This document shows positions 22,171 through 34,800 of a DNA stretch of 64,000 nucleotides, piece by piece. Position numbers and translations under genes: made by a program. This DNA is from Cyanophora paradoxa CCMP329 (taxonomy: Eukaryota; Plantae; Glaucophyta). Within the stretch, counting starts at the first letter, position 1, and every line of letters begins with the position of its first letter. The notes under the pieces were generated by a model. That model was not told where the DNA came from. It searched no databases and saw nothing but the letters and a program-made list of their open reading frames with translations. The stretch is from positions 114,910 through 178,909 of the forward strand of contig QPMI01000176.1 in the NCBI GenBank assembly GCA_004431415.1, read 5' to 3'.

Positions 22171-25100
22171 TTAGATCCAGGCGTCGGCGGCCTCCTCGGC
22201 GGCCTCCGCGGCGAGCTCCGGCAGGCCCTCCTCCTCCTGCGCCCCGTCAGCCGGCGCCCCCAGGAAAGGCGAAGCGCAGTGATCGTGGGGCGGGCGCACG
22301 GGGAGGAGCCCCCAGGCGGACTCGGACTCGGCGGCGGCGGCGTCGGCGGCGTCGGCGAAGATGCCCTCGACGAGGCGGAGCGGCATCTCGTCGAGGAGGC
22401 GCGCGGCGCACTCCTCGGGCTGGGCCCGGATGTCGTGCTCGCAGACCTGCGGCGGCTGCCCCCGGATGATCTTCACCAGCACCGGCATCGCCGGCTCGTT
22501 CAGCGTCACCGCCGTCTCCGACACCTGCGCCCTTCTTAGCGGGGCTAGGCCCACAGGACGGGGGGGGGTACACGCCTCGACGAAGACGGTCTGCTGGGGC
22601 ACGGCCGTGGTGTGGTGGCCCTGCTCGTTGACGTTGACGGTCACCTTGGGGATCGACACGTTGACAGGAATCTCCCTGCGGGGCCGGGGTCGCGATCGAT
22701 CGTGAGGGGGGGCGGGCCTGGGGCTGCAAGCTTGAGCGCGGCTTACGGCATGGTGATGTTGATGGGATCCTGCGGCAGATCTAGATTTCAGCTGCCGCGG
22801 ATCCGGCGGGCGGCAGAGTTCGGGAGGCAGAGCGGGCGCACCTGGGGCAGGTTGACGGAGACCTTGGGGGCGGGGACGTTGACGTCGACGACGGGCGCAG
22901 GGATGTCCACGCGGATCGGGTCCGTCGGCGAGTCGATGTGGACGGGGTACTCCGGCACGGTCACGTAGACGGGCTGCATCGGCACGTTGACTGCGGCGCG
23001 CGGCGGCGTCGCCGAGTCAGATCGATATCGGGGCCTGTCGAGCTCGAGCTCGTCGAGGGGCGGCGCGTCTGGGCGGACCGACGGAGGGGCCCTCCGGGAT
23101 CTGGACGTAGACCTCCTGGGGCTCGGGCGTGATGACGACGTGCGCGGGGGCGACCGGCACGTGCTGCTCGGCGGCCACGTCCCCGATGCTGACGTCCGCC
23201 GCCGGCACTGCGGGGGGTTTCAGCTCGACGATCGCGAAATGCAGCAGGTGCCAAGAAGCCGACCGATGACTTCGACATGCTGGCCCGGCGCGACGGCGTT
23301 GGTGGCCTCGACGGTGCCGACGGCGTTGACCGAGACGGGCGCGACGGTGACTGCGGTGCCAAATTCGAGTCAGGCACGCGAGACTTGAAGGCGAGTCGGG
23401 GCTCACTGTCGACATCGGAGGCGGGGGCGGCGACGGCCTTGGCGATGCCGGTCGGCACGCTGCGAAAACTCGTCAGGAGGCCGAGGTGCGGCGGAGGCGG
23501 GGCTGGAAGCTTAAGCAGACTTGATGGTCGGGGGCGGCACGACGACGTTGATCTGGCGGGCCGGGGCGGTGGCGGTGACGGGCGCCGAGGGCGGGTTGGC
23601 GTAGACGGGCGGGGGCGGGACGTTGACGTAGATCGGGTCGCTCTCGATCACGACGTTCTTCTGCTCCAGCGGCTGGGGGCCGACGACCTTGACGGGCGTG
23701 TTCTCCACGAAGACGCTCTGCGCCGGGACGTTGATGGTCGTGTTCTCCGGGGCGTCGAAGTGCACGCCGACGCGCGAGTAGTCTGCGGCGCCACCCGCGA
23801 CTCAGCTCCCTGCCTCGAGTTCGAAGCCGCGCGGATCCGGAGCGGCGCGGACCGTAGTTGACCGGCGGGAGGGCGACGGTCTGGTGGACGGGCGCGGGCG
23901 CTGTGAAGCGGACGTCGGGCTCCGAGGCCGCCACCGTCACCGTCTGCGGCGGGCGCCTGAGCCTCGGAGCGGGCCGCGAAAAGGCGAGGGCGGGCAAGGG
24001 ACCGCACCGAGGCGGGGACGTGGACGGGCGCCACTTCGGCGGACGTCACCTCGACCTCCGGGGCGGCAACATTGACTGTCCAAGGAAGTCAAGGTTAGAC
24101 GGTCAAGAGAGGGCTAGAGAGGCCCGGGGCAGCGGGATGCACCGTAAACCTGCCGGAAAGGTCAGCAAATAAAATTCAAAACACGCGCACGGCGGAGCGG
24201 GCGGCGGGGGGGGCACCGGGGTCTCAGGAGCGGCGACGTACTTGGGGGGGGAGATCCCGAAGTAGGCGGACGCGTACTCGTACTCGTAGGGCTGCGGCGC
24301 GACGCACTCGACGGGGCGGCACTCCTGCGGCGCCGCGACGGGAATCGAGTCGATGAGGGCCTCCCCCAGCGGCAGCGCCGCGCGCTCGAAGGCGAGCGTC
24401 ATCAGGTCTGCGCATGCGGCGTGTCGGCGTCGGCGCGGGAGGGACGGGCCGCGCTCTGCCGCCGCACCCTCCTCGTCCTCGACCGCCATCTGCACCTCGC
24501 TGTCCAGCTGCAAGTTAACGTTGGCGTCGAAGAGCTCCGTCTGGGCGGCGCGGGGTTCAGAGGAGCGGGAGGCGAGGGGATCTCGGGGGGCCCGGGGCGT
24601 GGACGTTCGCACGTTGCGGGCGACGTCGCCGACGGTGGGGAGGTACCCGGGGCTGGCGCCGGCGCTGCCGCCGATGCCGGAGTCGATCTCGACGCTGGAG
24701 CTCGCGGGGCGCCAGAGGCGCGGGGGGCCTGCGGCCGGTGCCGGTCGGCAGACGGAAGCGCGCGGGGGCGCGGGAGCGGCGGGCCGCACCGGAGGGCGGG
24801 CAGACGTCGGTCTCCTCCTCCTCGGCGGACACGCTGCGGGGCGTGAGAAAAGCGGAGATGGGCGCGAAAGTTGAAGTCAAAGACGCGCACGACTCGCAGA
24901 AACCGGTGCACGTCGCGCCTGCGGGAGGAATCAGTCAGGACAACGAAGAGAATAGCCTGACTGAAACTTTAATGGGCCCGGCGGCGCCGGCACCGAGGGT
25001 CCCGTTGAGGTCGCCGGCGTCGCACTCCTCGCCGCTCTCGAGGATGCCGTTGCCGCAGTCCGCCACGGTGTCCTTGGGGAGGTCGCAGGTTGTGCTGCAC

Positions 25101-26733
25101 CTGCCTTTCCCGTTCTCGGCGCCCAGGTCGCTGTCGCGAGGTGAGGTCGACGTCGGCGATATCGATTTGCGAGAGCCTAAGGGGGCTTCGAGAGCTCACC
25201 ACTGCTCGCCGGCGTTCACGCAGCCGTCGCCGCAGCGCGGGGCGACGACGGTGCAGCTGTCGGAGCAGCCGCCGCACTTGTCGCCGTTCTTGCTGCCTGT
25301 GGTCGCGATCGGCCGCGTGTGAGGCCCAGGGAGCTGGAGTCGGGGGGCGGGCGGGGGCACCGAGGTCGCAGGCCTCGGCCCCCTCCCGGACGCCGTCGCC
25401 GCAGTCGGGCTCGTCCGCCACCTCGACGCGCTCGCAGCCCGCCGTGCACCCGCTGCACGATCGCGAGGTGAGCCGTTTTCGCGGCGTGCTGCAGGTCTCT
25501 CATGTTACCTGTTGGCGACGCCGTTGTAGCGGCCCGCGTCGCACTCCTCTCCGCTCTCGAGAATGCCGTTGCCACTGAGCGTCCCGTTAGCGGGAGGCGG
25601 CAGAGCAGTTTCGAATTCAGAGAGAGGCGAACCAGTCCGCCGTCTCCTCCGGCTTCTCCTCCGGCTTCTCCTCCGGCTTCTCCTCCGGCTTCTCATTCTT
25701 CTGCTCCTGGATGGTGCAGAAGACGCTGCACTCGCCCTCGCCGTTCTCGGCGCCGTTGTCGCTGCGGGAGCGTGAGCAGGCCGTCGATCGCGAGTCGTGC
25801 GCTGGGCGGCTTCGAGAGCTCACCACTGCTCGCCGGCGGTGACGCAGCCGTCGCCGCAGCGCGGGGCGACGACGGTGCACTCGTCGGAGCAGCCGGCGCA
25901 CTGGTCGCCGTTCTCCTCGCCTGCGGCGGCGCGGCGGTCAGAGCAGCTTGCATTGGGGGGTGCGGGCCGGCGCCGGCCGGAGATGCAATCACCAAGATCG
26001 CAGGCCTCGCCGGCGGAAACGACTCCGTCACCACAGACTGCGCGGGCCATCAGCAGGAGGGGGCAGAGCATCTAAAGAAAGGGCGGACCGATGCGGGTGC
26101 AGTCGTAGTTGCATCCGCTGCTCGCGGTGCCGTTCTTCGCGCCTGGGGGGGGTGGCGTCAGGGGGTACATGAATGTGAGAGGGGAGCGGGGCTAGAGCGC
26201 GCCCGCGTCGCACTCCTCGCCAGCGTTCACGGCGCCGTCGCCGCAGCCTGCAACCACGTCAAGGGCAGGGCGATTCGGGGATCGAAGGGGGCCGCACGGG
26301 GCAGGGTGCAGGTGGTGGTGCACTCGCCCTCGCCGTTATCAGCGCCCAAATCGCTGTCACGAACGCGATGATAAGCCGAAGATTCTGAGCAGTTGGCTTC
26401 AAAAGCTCACCACTGCTCGCCAGCGTTCACGCAGCCGTCGCCACAGCGCGGGGCGACGACGGTGCAGCTGTCGGAGCAGCCGCTGCACTTGTCGCCGTTG
26501 TCGTCGCCTGCAGTGGCGGTCATGATCGCGACATGAACAGCGTGGAAGGGCCTGCTGAGGGATGCACGAACCAAGGTCGCAGGCCTCGCCCGGGCTGACC
26601 ACTCCGTCACCGCACTCTGCACGGGCCGTCGGCGAGAGGCGGATCCGGAGCAGCTTCAGAGGGGGGCGGACCGATGCGGGTGCAGTCGTAGTTGCAGCCG
26701 CTGCTCGCGCTGCCGTTCTTCGCGCCTGGGTGT

Positions 26734-26781
<48 letters not shown>

Positions 26782-28288
26782 CGTCAGGGGGTACGGGCGA
26801 GCGGTAAATTAGCTATAGAGGGGGCACGCGAGCGCGCCTGCATCGCACGCCTCGGAGCCCTGCTTCTGGCCGTCGCCGCACCCTGCAGTTGCTTCAGGCC
26901 TAGGGGCCGGGCAAGCGGCCGGGATTTAATGCAAAGGGCCGCACGGGGGAGGGTGCAGGAGTTGGTGCACTCGCCCTCGCCGTTGTCAGCGCCGAGATCG
27001 CTGACGCAGGGTGAGGCCGAATTCTTGCGCTGGGCGGCTTCGAGAGCTCACCACTGCTCGCCGGCGGTGACGCAGCCGTCGCCGCAGCGCGGGGCGACGA
27101 CGGTGCACTCGTCGGAGCAGCCGGCGCACTGGTCGCCGTTCTCCTCGCCTGCAGCGGCGCGGCGGTCAGACCAGCGTGCATTGGGGGGGGCGGGCCGGAG
27201 CCGGCCGGAGATGCAATCACCAAGATCGCAGGCCTCGCCGGCGGAAACGACTCCGTCACCACAGACTGCGCGGGCCATCAGCAGGAGGGGGCAGAGCATC
27301 TAAAGAAAGGGCGGACCGATGCGGGTGCAGTCGTAGTTGCATCCGCTGCTCGCGGTGCCGTTCTTCGCGCCTGGGGGGGGTGGCGTCAGGGGGTACATGA
27401 ATGTGAGAGGGGAGCGGGGCTAGAGCGCGCCCGCGTCGCACTCCTCGCCAGCGTTCACGGCGCCGTCGCCGCAGCCTGCAACCACGTCAAGGGCAGGGCG
27501 ATTCGGGGATCGAAGGGGGCCGCACGGGGCAGGGTGCAGGTGGTGGTGCACTCGCCCTCGCCGTTATCAGCGCCCAAATCGCTGTCACGAACGCGATGAT
27601 AAGCCGAAGATTCTGAGCAGTTGGCTTCAAAAGCTCACCACTGCTCGCCAGCGTTCACGCAGCCGTCGCCACAGCGCGGGGCGACGACGGTGCAGCTGTC
27701 GGAGCAGCCGCTGCACTTGTCGCCGTTCTCCTCGCCTGCAGTGGCCGTCAGGGCCACAGTGACGGACGGGGCCAAACACATAGATCTTTGAGTTGCAACG
27801 CTCAAGCGGTTAATTATCGAACGTTACACACCAAGATCGCAGGCCTCGCCGGCGGAAACCACACCATCGCCACAAACTGCGCGGGCCATCAGCAGGAGGC
27901 GGCAGAGCAGTTGAAGACGGGCGCGCGCCGATGCGGGGGGCCTCGGGGGCTGCAGGGGCAGCGGGGGCGGAACGGACGGCGCCGGCGCCGCCGGTGCAAA
28001 TCATGGCCGGCTCCTTCGGGGGGACCGGCACCTGCGCGCCGGCTCGTATTCAGGCGCCGGCGGCCCGGCGCGAAACGAACTCCAAAGCAGTCAGGCCAGG
28101 TTCCCGGACCTGGCCCGTGAGGACCCCAGTACCAAGCTCGCAGACCGCGTCAAGCGGCACTGCACATGTGCGCCACGTCAGGCACGGCGCGCCAAGCCGA
28201 CGAGGGAACGTTTTAACTGACCCACTTGCGAGGCCACCGGTACATAGCCCGGGGGCAGGAGGCTGGACGCGGACCACGCGGGGGCCAT
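22171..28288 (-). CDS. Protein with tandem Myxococcus-type Cys-rich repeats (CGDG…GE-x-CD-x-G) followed by a long Val/Pro-rich region
   Basis: Repeated CGDGVVSAGEACDLG, CSDECTVVAPRCGDGCVTAGEQ and CGNGILESGEECDAG units, with an EEKP repeat linker. Phase-consistent exons lead into VNVPPPPVY, VTVPEYPVHID, VDVNVPAPKVSVNLP. Stop at 22171; start tentative. Confidence 0.7.
25798..27745. repeat. Recent internal duplication (~720 bp, offset 1228) including introns, within the Cys-rich gene
   Basis: 25798-26517 is nearly identical to 27026-27745, introns included; ORFs 26028-26213 and 27256-27441 translate identically. Confidence 0.9.
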
Positions 28289-28964
28289 TACGTTTTATCC
28301 GTTGGTAATTGCAAGCGAGAGGCGACTGCCTGGCAGTGCCTGCGCAATGCATGCGCCAGTGTGAGCATGAGGCAAGTTGCAATTAATATTGCGTGCGCTA
28401 CGTATACGACTCCAGCCTACGAGTCCGCGCCGCGAGGGGGGCGCGCGACTCAGCGACGCGGCGCGGCGCGCATGCGCACCTGTGCGATCTGTGCGGTCGA
28501 CGCGCCCGACGCGTTCGTCGCTCTGCCGCAGATCAGCGAACGATCCGATATATCGATGATCAGCGGTCAACGTCGCCGGGTTTCGACAAGCTCGAACTAG
28601 CTAGAGGATTAGCGCTCTACTGATCTAGATCGTATCTCAGAGTCTAGAGCGACGCGCCGCGGCGCGCACCGTGGCACGCGCGGCGACTTGTGATGACTTT
28701 CAAGTTTGTCCGTTAGGCCGCTTCAGCTTAGCCTAGTAGGCGCGGACTCCGGGATCGCGAACGTTCAAACGTTACCGCTAAATTAAAGAGCGTACCGGCC
28801 GGTATATATATATACGTATTACGTACGCGCGCGGGCGCTCTAGATCTGCAGTCTGCAGAACGTTAACCCTTTCAAGTTCACCGTGGCACTGATGAGTCAA
28901 GCTCTGCAGAACGCAGTGCACGTGCACGGTACCGGTGCAGCGTCGCCGCTGCGTCGGTGCTGCA

Positions 28965-29817
28965 CTATGACGGGCACTTTACTATGTCGGTACCAAATTA
29001 TGTCGGCTCGGACATGGTATAACGACATAATTTGGTGCCGTCATAGTAGGGCTGCTACTATGGCACGCTCAGTGGTACCCCATCAAATTTACCGCCCCAT
29101 ACAAGCCTGAAAATTTCATAACGACATAATTTGGTACCGTCATATATATATTCCACCAAGAGAAGGGTCAAGTTTTATAACGACATAAATCTGTCAGCCA
29201 TATTTTTGTGTTACACGGTACCGGTAGTCCAGGCTGCCAGGTAGTTCCTGGCCTGACCCCGGTACCGGGTACCGTAGTACCCCGGGGTAGTTCCCGGGGA
29301 TCCGGAGCTACTTACCGGCCGGCGCTAGCGTTGGCAGCCTGAAATTTCAAGCCATTGAACTTTTCAAAAATTGAAATTTCAACGGGCGGCATTGAAATTG
29401 AAATTTCAACGGGCGGCATTGAAATTGAAATTTCAATTTCACTTTCAATGCCGCCCGTTGAAATTGCATTGAAATAGAATATAAAAATAATAAAATATAT
29501 TGAATTTGTCCGTTTCCCCACCCTTCGCTTCAAGGGTTCCCCTTCCCTGCCCCCCCGGCCTTCCCATGGCCAGGAGCCCGGCGGCCCTCCCAGCCCGTTC
29601 AGAGACTCGAAGACTGTGATAGAGCTTAAAGTGGAGTCGATTATGAGTGAAAGAGACTCTCAGCAGTGCGTAGGGTCTCTCTAAGAGCTGCACTGCGGGT
29701 TGAAATTTCAATTGAATTTTCAAAGCTTTCAAAGGGTCGACTTTCAGTTTCAACGTTAACGCCAAAATTTTGAATTTCATGAAATTCACCAACCGCCGCC
29801 GGCCCGCCGGCCGGTAG
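28965..29817. mobile_element. AT-rich MITE/foldback-like relics
   Basis: 26-nt inverted repeat at 28980-29005/29023-29048 with a third copy at 29118-29144. Many palindromic TGAAATTTCA motifs, and inverted TTCAACGGGCGGCATTGAAA units at 29370-29465. TACCGGCCGGCG inverted pair near 29313 and 29805-29816. No ORF and no clear TSD. Confidence 0.45.
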
Positions 29818-31708
29818 ACGGCTGTCGCTTCGGGCCCCGCGCGCGGCCGCCGGCGCCGCCGCCGGCCGGGCCGGCCCGGCCGGGCCGGGCCGGGCCGCTT
29901 CGAAACTCGAACCGGCCGGTGCCTGATGGAATTCGAATTCGCGCATGCGCCGCATCACACGAGTCATCATGAATCGCGGCACGAATATTAATTCAAATCC
30001 GATAGGACCGATATACTGGTATATCATAGTATCCATGATGCGCGGCTTCATGAGCAGCTCCTTGAATCATGTTGAATCATGGCTGCATGTGCTGCGATTA
30101 GCCCGCGAATCCTGCGATATGCATGCTCCAGGCTCCAGCATGCCATGATGGACGATCGACGCGTCTCGCGAGTCGCGATCGAGCTCAGAGTCGCGGCCTC
30201 ATGCGCATAGCGCACGGGCCGGGGCCCGGGGGGGGTCCGAGCCGGATGACGGCCATAGGTCAAGTCGCAAAAGCCGAATGTAGGCCCTAGCTAGGCCGGC
30301 CTGCCAAGCCGCCGAGCCGCCGGCCTACCGGCCGGCCTGCAAGCCGGCCTGCCCCCGGCGCCCCCCGCTCGCCTTCATGATGCGCATGCAATGCCATGCA
30401 TGGTCTCCATTCGAATTCGAATCGGCCTTGGACTCTTGGAGTCATAATTTGGATCCGGAGTCATAAACATGTACAGAGCCGGCGCGCCTGTTATTGTTAG
30501 TAATTGGTTAGTAGTAAATTACTAGTAATTGGCAGATCAACAAGGCGCTCGCAATTGAAAGAATTGTTGGCAGGCAATCGTATGGCGAACGTTTGGCCGA
30601 TCACAACATATGCATCAACGATTGAATTACCAAAAATCTCTGTTCGGTCAATCGATCGCGATCAACGTTAACGATCGAGCGGTAGCGCTAGTGCTAGCAG
30701 CGCCGGCGCCGATCGCGACGTCGATTTCGATATCGATGCCGGCGCCGAACGCGCCAGGCGTTGCTCCACGCGTACGTACCGCGGCCGCGGCGTACGTAAT
30801 ATAACCGCGCGCGGTTGCGGGCCCCCGTTTTAAAACAAAGAGCGGCCACCCTCCCGCCTTGAGACCCCAAGACCCAAGGCCACTCCTGCTCCGCAGGGAC
30901 TCGCTTGTCCGAGATCGCTTGAAACGGGGGCCGGGCCGGCATTGCGCGGCCTCGAGCTCGAGCTCATCCGCCGGCCTGCGCCTGCGCCGGCCCGCGAGTG
31001 CGGCGCAGAATTTCGAACAAGCGGAGAGAGCAGCGCTAGCGCGAATTCGAAAGGCGGCGAAACCTCTGGCGCGGCGGATATCGATCCGCCGGGCCGCCGG
31101 CCGATCGCGAGCGGCCGATCGATATCGCCCCGCGCGCGGCCGGATAAAAACGCTTAAGTAGCATACATTTGCGAAAAACGCTTAATTATATAAGTAGCAT
31201 ACATTTGCGAACAGCACGCGAAGCGCAAACTATAGCTATATATATGAGAAACTAGTACTGATGCTGCTGCCAGGCTGCACGGAAACAAAAAGATCATTAA
31301 GAGAAACTTGAAAACTGACCATATGCATGAGCGACTATGTTGCAAATTAAATAAATCAGTACACTGCCTAAATCGATATCTGACGTACTGCGCCCCTCGG
31401 CCGCGGCCGGATATCGATCCAATAATGAATTAGAGCATGAACATGCGCCCCGGAGCATAAAAGAACAGAAGACCTAGACCTAGCTACCCATTACATTTGT
31501 TGTACTGCGATCAACGGTCTGTCGATCGCGAGCGTTCCGTCGTCGACTGCGTTGTTGCTGCTGATGATATCGATGATCTCGATGCGCGTGCACGATGTCT
31601 CTGATGAGGGTGCCCCGCGGCTCCGAGTCCCGGGTGGGACCGGAGCAACACATGAGGCAGCTGCAGGCGGCTGCAGGGGCTGCCGCCTACGCCGACGCCG
31701 ACCCCGGC

Positions 31709-31805
31709 CTACATGCCGCCGACGAAGCTCGCGCGGCGGACCTCCATGTGCCAGAACGAGTCCTGCGCACCCGCCCCGCCCCGCCCGTGAGGACATGTTC
31801 AGGGG

Positions 31806-31839
<34 letters not shown>

Positions 31840-34800
31840 CGGGCGGGGGGGTTCCGCACGTCGAGGGCGCGGGCGTCGAAGGAGGGGATGCCCCGCGCGT
31901 CGCCCCCCAGCCGGCCCTGCGCCCGCGGCCGCGGCCAGCCGAGTCAGGGGCGAGCTCGAGCGCGCTCCGGACTCGAGCGAGCTGCGGAGGCGGAGGCGGA
32001 GGGGGAGCCCCCCCCGCCCGGCCCGGCCGCGCGGACCTCGTAGAGGAAGGTGACGGCCTCGCCCGCCTTGCCCTTGAGGACGATCGGCCCGCGCCGCGAC
32101 CACGTGTACCTCTCCGCCACCAGCGCGTGCGTCGCCTCCGACACCTGCCGACGGCGCGCGGCGGGCGCTCGGCCCAGGCCTGCGGCCGCTCGGCGCGGGG
32201 GCCGGGCCGGGCCGGCCGCACCTGGATGCGGCCGGGGAGGCCCGTGCTCTCCATGCGCGCCGCGACGTTCACCGTGTCCCCCCAGCTGGCCCCGCGCGCG
32301 TGAGGCGGAGGCCGAGGGGCGGCGAGGCGGGCGGGCCCGGGGGGTGGGGTGGGGGGCGGACAGGTCGAAGATGTAGCGGCTGGTGCCGATGACGCCGGCG
32401 ACGACGGGGCCCGAGTGCACGCCGATGCGCAGAGCGATCGCCGTCCCGAAGTGCTCGTTGAAGCGCTTCACCGCCGCCACCTGCCGCGGCGCGGGCCGGG
32501 CGTCGAGGGCCGCACGGAAACGCTTCGAATTCGAATCAAATCTAAGTTTGCGCGCACGGCTCCGATGGCGAACTCGAGGGCGGCCTCGGCGCCGGCGCGG
32601 CCCTCCCGCCGCTGCGGCACGCCGGCTGCGGCCATGTAGCAGTCGCCGATGGTCTTGATCTTCTCGCAGCCGGCGGTGGCGCAGGTGCGGTCCAGGCAGG
32701 AGAAGATGCGGTTGAGCATCTGGGCGACCTCGGGGGCCGAGAGCCGCGAGGAGAGCTCCGTGAAGCCCACGATGTCCGCGAACACGATCTGAGCGATCTG
32801 ATCGTGAGCGCGCGGCCGGTCTGAGCGCGAGGGGGGCATTTTTAGGGGGGAAAGAGGCCTAGGCCCGCGCACGGTCGTCTCCTCGTAGAGGTCGGCTGCG
32901 GGGGAGCGCGTCAGCCCGGCAGAGGCCGAGGAGGGGGCGGGGGGCCGGCACCGATGGGGGAGGACTCCTCGATGAGCTTGGCGGCGACGGCCTCGGGGAG
33001 GGTGTTGCGGATGAGGCGGTCGGCGCGCTCCTTCTCCCGCCGCAGCTGCCCCTCGCTCTCCTCCAGCGCCCGCCGCGCCCGGCACTGCCCCAGCACCGCC
33101 TCAAGCGCCGCCCCGAACCGCGCCTGCGCGCGCGCGGGGGCGGCGCGCCTGAGGGGCCGGGGCGGGGCGGGGGCGGGGCGGGGGCGGGGCGGACGAGGTA
33201 GGCGCGGACGTCGTCGGCGAAGCGGCGGCGCGGGTCGCACGAGAAGGCCCCCAGGTAGCACAGCCGCCGCCCAGCCCCCTCCGCCCCCGCCATCGATATC
33301 AATCCCGCCCGCGAGCGGCCCCGCCCCGACTTCCAGCTCGCCCCGCCCCCGCGGCCGCCGCCGCCGCGCCGGCGGGGCTCGCGGAGGGGCCGAGGACGCC
33401 GGCGGCGAAGTCGGCGGGGCGGGCGGAGCGGCCCGTCGGGGGCGTCGGGGGCGCCGCGTCGCGGACGGCAGCGACGGCGCCGGAGCGGACGCCGGCGGCG
33501 CGGAGGGCGGGCGGGAGGGGCAGCGGGGGTCGCCGAGGGGGTCGGGGAGGTGGAGGGCGGCGCCGGGGGCCTCGTCGACGAGCTCGGCGAGGGTGGCGGG
33601 GCCCAGGGGGAACCCCTCCGCCTCCTCCACGGGTCCGAGGTCGCCCCCCGGGGCGCGGAGCTGGAGGGCGAGGGGCAGGGCGCCGGCGCCGGAGGGCGGG
33701 GCGGGGCCGGCGGCGACGAAGGCGACGTCGGCGGTGAGGACGGAGGCGACGGTCTCGGCGGCCAGGGCGAGGGCGCGGCACGGGTCGCCGCTCGCGATCG
33801 CCCGCCGCGAGAAGCTCGCGATCGACTCCTCCGTTGCCGAGCGGAAGAGCAGCGCCTGCGCGCTCCCGTAGAGCTCAATCTCCCGCAGCGCTGCGCCCGC
33901 CGCCCGCCCGCCCGCCCGGTCGCGGCGAGCGCGAGGGGAGGGGCGGGGGAAGGGCGGGGGCCGGCACCGATGGCGGCGAGCTTGGCGAGGCGTCGCTGTT
34001 GCTCCCCCTCGAACTCCCGCGCCTTCCGGTCTGCGGCCGACGTCGCGGGGGCCCTCAGCTCGCTCCGGGCAGAGGGGGCGGCCTGGTGGCGGGGGCGGGG
34101 CACCGATGATGCAGAGGGTGCCGATGGTGGCGCCGCCGGCGAGCCGCAGGGGCGCCCCCGCGTAGAAGCGGATGTGCGGCGCGCCCGTCACCAGCGCTGC
34201 CCCCGGCCCCGCGGCCGCGTCCGCGTACGAGTTCAGCCGGCGCAGGCGAGGGAAGGAGGGGCCTCGCGGCCAGGGGGGGCGCACGGTTGGCGGCGAAGCG
34301 CCAGTCCTCCAGGGCGTTTCGCACGACGAGCGGCTCCGGCCCCTGCAGCAGGATGGAGTGTCTGCGCGCGCGCCGCCCGTCAGCGCCCTCGGCGACCACG
34401 GCGTCGTCGGCCCACAAATACAGATGCAGAGCCCGGCCCACCCGCAGAAGGAGACGTCGCGGCCCGTCTCTGGCGCGGCGAGGCCGCAGCGCGCCTTGAA
34501 CCACTGCCTGTCGCTGTCGACCAGCGACACCAGCGCTGCAGAGAGTCCAGAGAGTCTTCTGAGGGGCGGCACGCGAGGAGCGGAGCAGTGTCGAAGCGGG
34601 CACCGATGGGCACGTCGAAGAGCTCCTGGGCGAGCTCGGCGAGGCGCTGGAAGCTCTCCTCCAGGCCCGTGTCCAGGATCCTGCCCCCGCCCCGCCCCGC
34701 ATCGCCTCAACGCCGGCGCGCACGGGCCCCGGGGGAGCTGCCCACCGGAGGGCCCAGAGGGCGCCGACGCGGGAGTCCTCGTTCGCGGGGGCGGGGGGCG

